Below the pieces are notes generated by a model. It made no database searches. It worked only from the letters and a program-made list of their open reading frames with translations, and had not been told where the DNA came from. Below, piece by piece: positions 29,260 to 38,068 of a stretch of 64,000 nt of DNA. Made by a program: the position numbers and the translations under genes. The stretch's first letter is position 1. Every line of letters begins with the position of its first letter. Source of the stretch: Emticicia sp. C21 (lineage in GTDB: Bacteria; Bacteroidota; Bacteroidia; Cytophagales; Spirosomataceae); the NCBI RefSeq assembly GCF_003418935.1, contig NZ_QVMT01000014.1, positions 27,143 through 91,142 on the forward strand, given 5' to 3'.

Positions 29260-29333
29260 CAAGTTTGGTGCATCAAATACTTCCTCTCAGAACGGTTCTG
29301 AGATGGCGTTATTCAAACAAAATTTTTTCAACC

Positions 29334-30854
29334 ATGAAATTCAATATTTTGAATCGTGAGAAAAATACAGTTATCAATCACGCAGGAGCTAAAGCTTATA
29401 CACTTACTCCAGCTATGGAACTATACACCAGCGTGGTAACGAGTATCCTGTCAGATACTTTCTATGAAAAGGCTGATGATCGTCTGGCTCGTATTCAGGC
29501 GCTCATCCGTAAAAACGATGCCCAATTTGTAGCAAAACTGGCTGTATATGCCCGTGAAAAAATGTACCTGCGTTCAATCCCTTTGGTATTGCTGACAGAG
29601 CTGGCGCAAACCCATAAAGGTGATAATCTGGTAAGCCGTACGGTTGGCCGTGTGATTCAGCGTGCTGACGAAATTACCGAATTGCTGGCTTGCTACCAGA
29701 TGGCTAACCAGCGTAAAGAAACCAAAAAACTGAACCGTTTGTCAAAACAGATTCAGAAAGGTCTGGCTGAGGCTTTCAATAAATTTGATGAATACCAGTT
29801 CAGCAAATACAACCGTACAGGTACTGATGTAAAACTGCGTGATGCCTTGTTTCTGGTTCACCCAAAGGCAAAAAATGAAGCACAGCAAGTCATTTTTAAC
29901 AAAATTGCTAAAGATGAACTGGTTACAGCTCAAACCTGGGAAACTACTTTGTCAGCCGTGGGTCAGAATGATTTTGATTCAGAAACTCATAAACTGGAAG
30001 CAAAATCACAGGCATGGGAGCAACTGATTCTTAATGGAAAACTAGGATACATGGCTATGCTGCGTAACCTGCGTAACATTATTGAAGCGAACGTAAGCCA
30101 GGAGGCTATCGAAAAAGTATGTGCTACTTTGAGCAATGCTCGTGCAGTAGCTAATGCTAAACAATTTCCTTTCCGTTTCTTGTCAGCTTACCGAGGGGTA
30201 AAGCATCTGCAAAACGGACGGGTAAGCAATATTCTGACTGCTTTAGAAACGGCCGTTCAGCATTCGGCGAATAATATCCGTGGTTTCGATGCTCGTACGC
30301 GTGTAGTAATTGCTGCCGACGTATCAGGTTCAATGCAACGGGCAATTTCTCCAAAAAGTACTGTTCAGAACTTTGATATCGGTTTGATGTTGGCCATGTT
30401 GCTGCAAAACCGTTGCGAGGATGTAGTAACAGGTATGTTTGGAGATACGTGGAAAATCATTAGCGTGCCAAAAAACAATATTCTGGCAAACGTATTGGAG
30501 TTCCATCGTCGTGAGGGGGAGGTAGGTTATTCAACCAACGGACATCTGGTAATTCAGGATTTGATTAACCGAAGAAAAAAAGTTGATAAAATCATGATTT
30601 TTACCGACTGTCAACTTTGGAACAGTAATGGTGGAAGCCCGATTGCTCAGGCATGGGCCGAATACAAAAAAATAGCACCAAATGCTCGTTTGTATTTGTT
30701 TGACTTGGCTGGATACGGAAATACTCCAGTTAATACAGTTAACGAGGGTTCTGTATTTCTGATGGCCGGATGGTCAGATAAAATTTTTGACATTCTTACA
30801 GCTATTGAAGAAGGAAGCAATGCAATTGCTGAAATCAATAAAATTGAAATTTAG
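29334..30854 (+). CDS. rsr: Ro60-related protein (Rsr; TROVE domain + vWA/MIDAS)
   Basis: The vWA MIDAS motif DVSGSM and the Ro60-like blocks KQFPFRFLSAY, LRDALFLVHPKA and IMIFTDCQLWN align with metazoan Ro60 (RIHPFHILVAL / LLRLSHIKP / IFIVFTDCETN). The start was moved to the ATG at 29334 (MKFNILNREK) because the upstream part of track ORF 29181 overlaps tRNA-Met. Confidence 0.85.
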   Translation: MKFNILNREKNTVINHAGAKAYTLTPAMELYTSVVTSILSDTFYEKADDRLARIQALIRKNDAQFVAKLAVYAREKMYLRSIPLVLLTELAQTHKGDNLVSRTVGRVIQRADEITELLACYQMANQRKETKKLNRLSKQIQKGLAEAFNKFDEYQFSKYNRTGTDVKLRDALFLVHPKAKNEAQQVIFNKIAKDELVTAQTWETTLSAVGQNDFDSETHKLEAKSQAWEQLILNGKLGYMAMLRNLRNIIEANVSQEAIEKVCATLSNARAVANAKQFPFRFLSAYRGVKHLQNGRVSNILTALETAVQHSANNIRGFDARTRVVIAADVSGSMQRAISPKSTVQNFDIGLMLAMLLQNRCEDVVTGMFGDTWKIISVPKNNILANVLEFHRREGEVGYSTNGHLVIQDLINRRKKVDKIMIFTDCQLWNSNGGSPIAQAWAEYKKIAPNARLYLFDLAGYGNTPVNTVNEGSVFLMAGWSDKIFDILTAIEEGSNAIAEINKIEI

Positions 30855-30907
30855 TTTAGGGTTAGAATCACTTTCCGGGTCTGGTTTCCGGACCTGGAAA
30901 TTTAAAT

Positions 30908-30979
30908 GGAACATTGGTGAAATGGTTATCATCCTACCCTGTCACGGTAGAATCATGGGTTCGATTCCCATATGTTCCG
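30908..30979 (+). tRNA. tRNA-Asp (anticodon GTC)
   Basis: Acceptor GGAACAT/ATGTTCC; TG-GTGA-AATGGTTA-TCAT; anticodon arm CTACC-CTGTCAC-GGTAG; T-arm ATGGG-TTCGATT-CCCAT; discriminator G. Confidence 0.8.
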
Positions 30980-31112
30980 CGATAGAAACGTAGTTGAACC
31001 TGATGAGGGTTTCATTAAGGCCCCATAGTATTGGAGCAATTGCTTTCAATATGCTGTCAATGAGGGTTCTGTTAATTTATGTAGGTTCGAATCCTGCCAA
31101 GCTAATAAATAT

Positions 31113-31155
31113 GGGCTTGTCGTGTAATGGTTAACACAATGGACTTCCACTCCAT
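31113..31155 (+). pseudogene. 5' fragment of a tRNA-Gly-like (TCC) gene lacking a T-arm
   Basis: GGGCTTG-TC-GTGT-AATGGTTA-ACAC-A-ATGGA-CTTCCAC-TCCAT: acceptor 5' strand, perfect D-arm and anticodon arm. No TTCGA T-arm follows. Confidence 0.4.
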
Positions 31156-31453
31156 AATTTAGAAAACAAGTAAATCAGTCTGAAACTATTCGGGTGTTTT
31201 TACCTTCGCAAAAACACAGTTCAGTACAGACTTGCAAAGAGGAGGATACCGATAGATAGAGGTGATTGCTTCAATGCTGGCGACTACATATATTATAGGG
31301 TGGCTGTCTCGTGGTTACGAGAGACAAACAATTTAGAATTATAGACTAGCCCAAGGCTATTGAACCGATTATCGAAGTCCGTCTTAATCTGATTTCCGTT
31401 TCAATGAATCGGATAGTGTAAGACTGATTTTTAACAAAGTAATTATTAAAATC

Positions 31454-32548
31454 ATGAAAAATATACAAGTAAATGCCAATCAGGTAGCATTGGTTTTGAA
31501 AAATAAGGCTTTCAAGCGATTGCTTGGTGAGGGTTCTTATTGGTTTTGGGGAAATGAAGAAGTTTTTATATATGAGAAAGGAAATGCCTTTGCTGCTCCC
31601 GTTGAACTAAACGTGCTATTGCAACATCCTGAAATCACAGAGGCCTTGGATGTCATAGAGGTAAAAGATAATGAAATGATGGTTCAGTTTGAAGACAATC
31701 GCTTCAAAACTGTCTTTGGTCCGGGTAAATACGCTTTCTGGCGCGGTATTAAAAACTATACTTATACGGCTATTGATTTAAACAAAATCGAGATTACTGA
31801 AGATTTTAGCCCACAGCTAATCAGCACTAAATTATTGTCGTATGTGAGAAGTTATACTGTAGAGTCTTACGAAAAAGGAGTTTTGATTGTTGATGGTAAA
31901 TTTGTACGTGTGTTAGACGGAGGTACTTATTACTGGTGGAAAAATACCATCAGCATTCAGGTAGCTAAAGCGGATATGCGTCAATTGCAAATGGAGATTT
32001 CAGGACAGGAGATTCTGACGAAAGATAAAGCCAGCTTGCGTTTAAATGCCTTTGTGCAATATCGTATCACCGATATTGTGAAAGCGATGTATGAAAACAA
32101 AGACTACGAAAAACAAGTATATGTTGTATTGCAATTGGCTTTAAGAGAGTATATTGGTGGATTAACTTTGGACGAATTGCTGGATAAAAAAGATAGTATT
32201 GTGGATTTTGTATTGAAAAATACTGCCGACAAATTGGTAGGTTTGGGTATTGAAATCAAAGGCTGTGGTATCCGTGATATTATTTTACCCGGAGACATGA
32301 AAGATATCATGAATCAGGTATTGATGGCTGAGAAAAAAGCACAGGCCAATATCATTATGCCTAGGGAAGAAACCGCTTCTATGCGTAGCTTGTTGAACAC
32401 TGCCAAATTGATGGAAGAAAATGAAACCTTGTGGAAATTGAAAGAGATGGAATATGTAGAGAAAATCGCGGATAAAATCAATACTATTTCAGTTTCAGGC
32501 AATGGACAGATTCTCGACCAATTGAAGCAAATTTTTGTAAAAAATTAA
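31454..32548 (+). CDS. SPFH/band-7 domain protein with ~170-aa N-terminal extension
   Basis: The C-terminal half (QEILTKDKASLRLNAFVQYRITD...KGCGIRDIILPGDMKDIMNQVLMAEKKAQANII) is a typical SPFH/band-7 core. Confidence 0.7.
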   Translation: MKNIQVNANQVALVLKNKAFKRLLGEGSYWFWGNEEVFIYEKGNAFAAPVELNVLLQHPEITEALDVIEVKDNEMMVQFEDNRFKTVFGPGKYAFWRGIKNYTYTAIDLNKIEITEDFSPQLISTKLLSYVRSYTVESYEKGVLIVDGKFVRVLDGGTYYWWKNTISIQVAKADMRQLQMEISGQEILTKDKASLRLNAFVQYRITDIVKAMYENKDYEKQVYVVLQLALREYIGGLTLDELLDKKDSIVDFVLKNTADKLVGLGIEIKGCGIRDIILPGDMKDIMNQVLMAEKKAQANIIMPREETASMRSLLNTAKLMEENETLWKLKEMEYVEKIADKINTISVSGNGQILDQLKQIFVKN

Positions 32549-32555
32549 AAATAGG

Positions 32556-32583
32556 GTAGGGGTTGAAAATTTTCAACCCCTAC
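32556..32583 (+). promoter_or_regulatory. perfect 28-nt palindrome between the SPFH gene and rtcB
   Basis: GTAGGGGTTGAAAA|TTTTCAACCCCTAC. Forms a 12-bp stem with a 4-nt loop as RNA. There is no downstream T-tract. Confidence 0.4.
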
Positions 32584-32597
32584 ATAAAATACTTTAA

Positions 32598-34124
32598 ATG
32601 GAAACAACGATTTCATTAGAAGAAATATTAGCATTAGGGAATATACCAGAAAACCTGCAAGGTAGTTTCCTGAGAATAGCTAACGGATTGCATCAAAAGG
32701 CTGAATATCCAAAAGAAAAGGTATTAAGAATGTTTGCTGAAATGTTGGCTAGCCCAAAGAAATTTGCCTATTCAAAAAATAAGGTAACTAACCTGGCAAA
32801 AGAGATTTTTGACCTAGAAAAGAAAGGGATGAAAGTCGAGCTTTCAGAAGAAGGCAAGACTTATTTACCTGCTGAGTCGCCTGTGTATGAGATGGAGGAA
32901 AAAGAAAAGCAAAAAACAGTTGCTTTTGATTTAAGAACATCTCCATTGCCATATCAGATTTACGGCGCTGAATATATCGAAGAGGGCGCATTGAAGCAAA
33001 TGGAAACTGCTTTGAGTTTGCCTGTGGCTGTAGCAGGTGCTTTAATGCCTGATGCCCATCAAGGCTATGGGCTACCTATCGGTGGTGTATTAGCTACGAC
33101 CAATAATACGGTTATTCCGTTTGCGGTCGAAGTAGACATTGCCTGCCGGATGTGTTTGTCAATTTTTGATATTCCAGGTGATTTTTTCAAACGTCAGCCG
33201 CATTTGCTGAAACGTGCTTTAGTAGAGAATACCAAGTTTGGTATGGGTGGAGAAACGGCTCACAAGTTTGATGAAAGTGTCATGGATAAAGCAGAATGGA
33301 CAGCCACAAAAATCATTCGTGATTTGAAAGATAAAGCTTATCGACAATTAGGTACCTCAGGTACTGGAAACCACTTTGTAGAGTGGGGTATTGTAGAGGT
33401 ATTTTCAGCTGATGATTTGCTGGCAGTACCTAAAGGCGAATATCTGGCGCTCCTATCTCATTCGGGTTCAAGAGGTTTTGGTGGGGCAGTAGCTAATCAT
33501 TATTCAAAAGTAGCTATGAAGAAAACCAAATTGCCAAAAGAGGCAGCTCATCTGGCATGGTTGGATATGAATACCGAAGAAGGGCAGGAGTATTGGATTG
33601 CTATGAATCTGGCAGGAGATTATGCTTCGGCCAATCACCACGAAATTCATAAGAAGATTGCTAAAATGTTGGGTGAACAACCTATAAAAATGGTTGAAAA
33701 TCACCACAATTTTGCCTGGAAAGAAAATTTGGCTGATGGTACAGAAGTAATTGTACATAGAAAAGGAGCAACACCTGCCAATCGCAATGACTTAGGGATT
33801 ATTCCTGGCTCTATGACTGACCCAGGCTTTATCGTTCGTGGTAAAGGTATAAGCGAATCATTAAATTCAGCTTCACATGGCGCAGGTCGTTTGATGTCGA
33901 GAACTAAAGCACTTAATTCTATAACTAATAGTGCCTTGAAAAAAGTATTAGAAGAAAAAGGAGTACAACTGATAGGTGGAGATTTAGATGAAGCACCAAT
34001 GGTTTATAAGAATATTGAAACGGTAATTGCTTCGCAAACCGATCTCGTAGAGATTTTGGCTAAGTTTAGCCCAAAGATTGTAAGGATGGCAGATGCCAAT
34101 CGCAAAGAAGGACGAGAGGATTGA
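32598..34124 (+). CDS. rtcB: RNA-splicing ligase RtcB family, with ~100-aa N-terminal extension
   Basis: RtcB hallmarks are present: MPDAHQGYGLPIGGV, DIACRMC, ENHHNFAWKE...VHRKGATPA and SHGAGR. Confidence 0.85.
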   Translation: METTISLEEILALGNIPENLQGSFLRIANGLHQKAEYPKEKVLRMFAEMLASPKKFAYSKNKVTNLAKEIFDLEKKGMKVELSEEGKTYLPAESPVYEMEEKEKQKTVAFDLRTSPLPYQIYGAEYIEEGALKQMETALSLPVAVAGALMPDAHQGYGLPIGGVLATTNNTVIPFAVEVDIACRMCLSIFDIPGDFFKRQPHLLKRALVENTKFGMGGETAHKFDESVMDKAEWTATKIIRDLKDKAYRQLGTSGTGNHFVEWGIVEVFSADDLLAVPKGEYLALLSHSGSRGFGGAVANHYSKVAMKKTKLPKEAAHLAWLDMNTEEGQEYWIAMNLAGDYASANHHEIHKKIAKMLGEQPIKMVENHHNFAWKENLADGTEVIVHRKGATPANRNDLGIIPGSMTDPGFIVRGKGISESLNSASHGAGRLMSRTKALNSITNSALKKVLEEKGVQLIGGDLDEAPMVYKNIETVIASQTDLVEILAKFSPKIVRMADANRKEGRED

Positions 34125-34140
34125 TTATCTTCTCGTTTTT

Positions 34141-34770
34141 TTATCCTATATCTTTAATGATTTCGATTAATTCAGCAATCATCATGGCAGTGGCACCCCA
34201 TACGATTTGTTCCTGAATAATAAAGCCCGGAGTTTCAAATTTGTACCCTCTGGCTTCTACTAATCTGGTTTGCACAGTGTCTGGGTTTACAAAATCAGAG
34301 AGAGGAACTTCAAGAATCGCTGCTACTTCACGTTCGTCAGGATAAAAATCGGGTCTATAATTGATATAGCCTAATACCGGCTGGCAAAGCAGATTTGAAG
34401 GATTAATGTATAGCTCAGTAATGTCTCCTAAAATTTTTACATCAGATGCCTTAATGCCTATTTCTTCCTGGGCTTCTCTTAATGCTGTTGCCTGAATATT
34501 TTTATCTTTCAATTCAGCCCTACCACCTGGAAACGCCATTTGTCCACCATGCACACCATCATATTGTGGCCTAAGAATAAGAGGTAAATAAATGTCTTCC
34601 CCTTTAGGATAGAACAAAATCAAAACACCGCTTCTACGGGTGCTTTCATTAGGTTCTCCTTTCAATCGCATACGATTAGGCGACATCTTCTTTACGATTT
34701 CTTCATGACCTGGTAATGGTTCATTAGCCAATCGATAGGAAAGTTTACTGATAAAGTCAGCGAAATTCAC
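34141..34770 (-). CDS. NUDIX hydrolase (CoA pyrophosphatase-like)
   Basis: Nudix box GGRAELKDKNIQATALREAQEEIGI. Confidence 0.8.
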   Translation of the reverse strand: MNFADFISKLSYRLANEPLPGHEEIVKKMSPNRMRLKGEPNESTRRSGVLILFYPKGEDIYLPLILRPQYDGVHGGQMAFPGGRAELKDKNIQATALREAQEEIGIKASDVKILGDITELYINPSNLLCQPVLGYINYRPDFYPDEREVAAILEVPLSDFVNPDTVQTRLVEARGYKFETPGFIIQEQIVWGATAMMIAELIEIIKDIG

Positions 34771-34829
34771 AGTGTTATAATGACGTTAGGTTAATATATA
34801 GTTGTTGCAATGTAAGCAAAAAACTTCAT

Positions 34830-36464
34830 TTAAGCACCGTAAAATTTAGCCAATTGCTCAGCACATCTTTCGCCATCCATCGCTGCTGAAACAATTCCGC
34901 CTGCAAAACCAGCTCCTTCTCCACAGGGAAAAAGTCCTTTAATCTGTAAATGTTCAAGTGTTTCTTTATCTCGTGGAATCCTGACAGGGGAGGATGTGCG
35001 GCTCTCAATACCTATTAATTGCGCTTCGTTAGTGACGTAGCCTTTTATCATTTTTCCAAATTGCTTAAACCCATCTTGTAGTGGTTTGGCAATGATATCC
35101 GGCAAAATTTCTGCCATATCTAAAGAAGCAAGTCCGGGTTGATAAGAGGTATCATTTAAAGATGATGAAATTTTTCCGTTCAAAAAATCAAGTAATCGTT
35201 GAGCGGGGGCTAACTGGCAATGAGTTATTGAATTTTCTTCCTGAAGATTTTTCTTTTGATTGATTTGAGCAAACTGATGACTTTTTACTGCATAATTAAA
35301 AGCTTTCTGTTCTATTTCTTTTTGCAGCTCTAAACCTGCTAGTGCACCCAGTTTTTTATTTTTCTGCCAATCAGCTTCGTTAATAGCTACTACAATACCT
35401 GAATTGGCATATTTAGAATCCCTACGATTAGGAGACATACCATTTACTACCATTTCACCCTCATCTGTTGCCGCAGGAACAATAAAACCACCCGGACACA
35501 TACAAAAACTGAATACGCCTCGCTGAATATTTTTATAATACGTCTGCGCTACCAGACTATAAGCTGCCGCAGGTAATATGCCTCTTTCTTCTCTATGGTA
35601 TTGGTGCTGATCTATCAAAGATTGTGGATGCTCAATGCGCACACCCATTGCAAATGGCTTGGCTTCAATAAGGATATTCTTTTTGAACAATAATTCAAAA
35701 ATATCTCTTGCTGAATGACCTGTGGCTAATACTACGGCTATTCCCTCGAAATGGTGTCCATCATGAGTATCAACACCTTTAATCTGGTTATTGACAATGG
35801 TTAAATCAGTAACCTTTGTATTAAAATGAATTTCCCCACCTGCTTTTAAAATGCTTTCCCGTAAATCGGCTACTACATTTGGCAACTTATTGGTACCGAT
35901 ATGTGGATGAGCATCTACTAATATCTGTGAAGTAGCACCATGTGCTACCAAGATCTCTAAAATCCGTCTGACATCACCACGTTTTTTGGAACGGGTATAA
36001 AGCTTGCCGTCTGAATAAGTACCTGCGCCACCCTCGCCAAAACAGTAATTAGAGTCAGGGTTAACAATATGGTCTTTATTAATAGCAGATAAATCTCTTC
36101 TGCGGGCTTGTACATCTTTGCCACGTTCTAACACTATTGGCTTAATACCTAGTTCTATCAGGCGCAAAGCAGCAAATAATCCAGCGGGACCAGCTCCAAC
36201 CACAATGGCCTGTTTGTTTTTGCTGACATCCCGATATTCTTTCTGAAACTCCATAACCGGAGCAGGTTTTTCTCCAATATATAATTCAACTTCCAGGTTG
36301 ACTTTAACCTGTCTGTTACGGGCATCAATAGATTGGCGGAGTCTTTGGATATAAACTTCTTCGGTTGTATCAGGCAAAGAAGCTTGTTTAAGTAGAAACC
36401 GGCGTAAAGCCGAATCGTCAAGAGCTAATTCGGGCTCTAATGTAAGCGTGAATAATTGTCGCAT
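34830..36464 (-). CDS. FAD-dependent oxidoreductase (COG2509-like)
   Basis: Rossmann dinucleotide-binding motif VVGAGPAGLFAALRL; 544 aa. Confidence 0.7.
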   Translation of the reverse strand: MRQLFTLTLEPELALDDSALRRFLLKQASLPDTTEEVYIQRLRQSIDARNRQVKVNLEVELYIGEKPAPVMEFQKEYRDVSKNKQAIVVGAGPAGLFAALRLIELGIKPIVLERGKDVQARRRDLSAINKDHIVNPDSNYCFGEGGAGTYSDGKLYTRSKKRGDVRRILEILVAHGATSQILVDAHPHIGTNKLPNVVADLRESILKAGGEIHFNTKVTDLTIVNNQIKGVDTHDGHHFEGIAVVLATGHSARDIFELLFKKNILIEAKPFAMGVRIEHPQSLIDQHQYHREERGILPAAAYSLVAQTYYKNIQRGVFSFCMCPGGFIVPAATDEGEMVVNGMSPNRRDSKYANSGIVVAINEADWQKNKKLGALAGLELQKEIEQKAFNYAVKSHQFAQINQKKNLQEENSITHCQLAPAQRLLDFLNGKISSSLNDTSYQPGLASLDMAEILPDIIAKPLQDGFKQFGKMIKGYVTNEAQLIGIESRTSSPVRIPRDKETLEHLQIKGLFPCGEGAGFAGGIVSAAMDGERCAEQLAKFYGA

Positions 36465-36675
36465 TGTTGAAAGGTGTTTATCCTTTAATATATATTAAAT
36501 AAAGATGAGCAGATTTTTAATTATGCAGAGACTTTTTCAATATAAACCTCAATCATACAAATCTTTTTGTCAAAATTAGGGTTTTACAAATGAAATGGCA
36601 AATTTGAGTTTATATTTGCACAAGGATTAACCTACAGAGCCTATAGAATTAAGCTCTAATGAATGGAGATTGTAA

Positions 36676-38052
36676 ATGGGATATTTTAAAGATATAAGAT
36701 TGGGGATAAAAACAACTGTAAAAGGCATGAGCCTCACGTTGCGACATTTCTGGAATGCACGTGAAAGCAGAAAACCCATTTCGATACAGAGCCCCGATTA
36801 TTTTGAACAGAGTACTGGAATTGTCACGCTTCAGTTTCCGCACGAGTCGATGTTAGTGCCGGATAATGGTCGTTATCAGCTAGATTGTGAGATAGACGAT
36901 TGTATTGTATGTGATAAGTGTGCCAAGATTTGTCCTGTTGATTGCATTGATATTGAGCCGATTAAGTCTTCTGAAATCATCAGTTATGCGTCTGATGGTT
37001 CTCCGATACGTCTATATGCTGCAAAATTTGACATTGACATGGCTAAGTGCTGTTTCTGCGGATTGTGCACAACCGTTTGTCCGACAGAATGCCTGACCAT
37101 GACAAATGAGTATGATTTCAGCGTAGTTGATATTACGCAAATGAATTTTGAGTTTTCGAATTTATCACCTCAACAGGCAGATGAAAAGCGGAAGCTATAT
37201 GAACAGTTTGTGGCAGAAAAAGAAGCAGCAAAAGCCGCTCCAAAGACTCCTGTGGCGCCAAGTACAGAAACTAATGTACCAAAACCTGCATTTAAACCGA
37301 ACTTCAAACCTATAGTAAAACCAACTGTTGCAGAGCCGGAGGAAACAAAAGAAGAAAAAGTAGAGGAAGAAGCTCCAAAGCCTAAGCCTGTTTTTAAACC
37401 TGTGATGAAGACAGTGAAAAAGGAAGAACAGGAAACACCGCAGGTAGAGGAAAAAGCAGCAGATGAGGTGCCAAAAGCACGGCCTGTGTTTAAGCCTGTC
37501 ATGAAAACGGTTCCTAAACCTGTTGAAAATATAGAACAGAAAGAAGCAAAAGAAGAAAAGACAGAGGAGGAAATAAAACCAAAAATATCGTTTAAACCGG
37601 TTTTCAAAACTGCGCCAAAGTCAGTTGAAAATGTAGCATCTAAAGAAGTGCAAGAAGAAAAGATTGAGGAAGAAGTACCTAAGCCAAAGACATCTTTCAA
37701 ACCTGTATTTAAAACGGCACAGAAACCAGTTGAAAATGCGGCACCCGAAGAAGTGAAGGAAGAAAAGATTGAGGAAGAAGCACCAAAGCCAAAGACATCT
37801 TTCAAACCTGTATTTAAAACGGCACCTAAGCCAGTGGAGAATGTAGCGTCTGAAGAAGTGAAAGAAGAGAAGATTGAGGAAGAAGTGCCAAAACCAAAAA
37901 CATCTTTCAAGCCAGTATTCAAAACTGTGCCTAAGCCAGTTGAAAATGTTGCACGAGAAGAAATAAAAGAAGAGAAGATTGAGGAAGTGGCGCCAAAACC
38001 GAAACCGGTTTTCAAGCCAACAATGAAAATTCAACCTAAAAAACCAGAATAG
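36676..38052 (+). CDS. nuoI: NADH-quinone oxidoreductase subunit I with long K/P/E-rich tandem-repeat C-terminal tail
   Basis: Two 4Fe-4S ferredoxin motifs (CIVCDKCAKICP and CCFCGLCTTVCP) sit in the first ~160 aa. They are followed by about six 35-aa repeats of the form KPVFKT.PKPVENVA.EEVKEEKIEEE.PKPKTSF. Confidence 0.8.
   Translation: MGYFKDIRLGIKTTVKGMSLTLRHFWNARESRKPISIQSPDYFEQSTGIVTLQFPHESMLVPDNGRYQLDCEIDDCIVCDKCAKICPVDCIDIEPIKSSEIISYASDGSPIRLYAAKFDIDMAKCCFCGLCTTVCPTECLTMTNEYDFSVVDITQMNFEFSNLSPQQADEKRKLYEQFVAEKEAAKAAPKTPVAPSTETNVPKPAFKPNFKPIVKPTVAEPEETKEEKVEEEAPKPKPVFKPVMKTVKKEEQETPQVEEKAADEVPKARPVFKPVMKTVPKPVENIEQKEAKEEKTEEEIKPKISFKPVFKTAPKSVENVASKEVQEEKIEEEVPKPKTSFKPVFKTAQKPVENAAPEEVKEEKIEEEAPKPKTSFKPVFKTAPKPVENVASEEVKEEKIEEEVPKPKTSFKPVFKTVPKPVENVAREEIKEEKIEEVAPKPKPVFKPTMKIQPKKPE
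37590..37990 (+). repeat. 105-bp tandem DNA repeats (~4-6 copies) encoding the NuoI tail
   Basis: Near-identical units (aagccaaagacatctttcaaacctgtatttaaaacggcac...gaagaagtgaaggaagaaaagattgaggaagaag) are visible directly in the sequence. Confidence 0.75.
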
Positions 38053-38068
38053 AGCTATCGAAGATTTA

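Noticed and set aside
29181-29333. Upstream 51 codons of track ORF 29181..30854
   Set aside because: They overlap tRNA-Met. The Ro60 homology and a plausible start begin at the ATG at 29334.
30787-30993. 68-aa ORF overlapping tRNA-Asp
   Set aside because: It is tRNA sequence.
25690-31440. CRISPR array
   Set aside because: The repeats are not uniform direct repeats with unique spacers. The units fold as tRNA cloverleaves or tRNA-like modules, and no cas genes are present.
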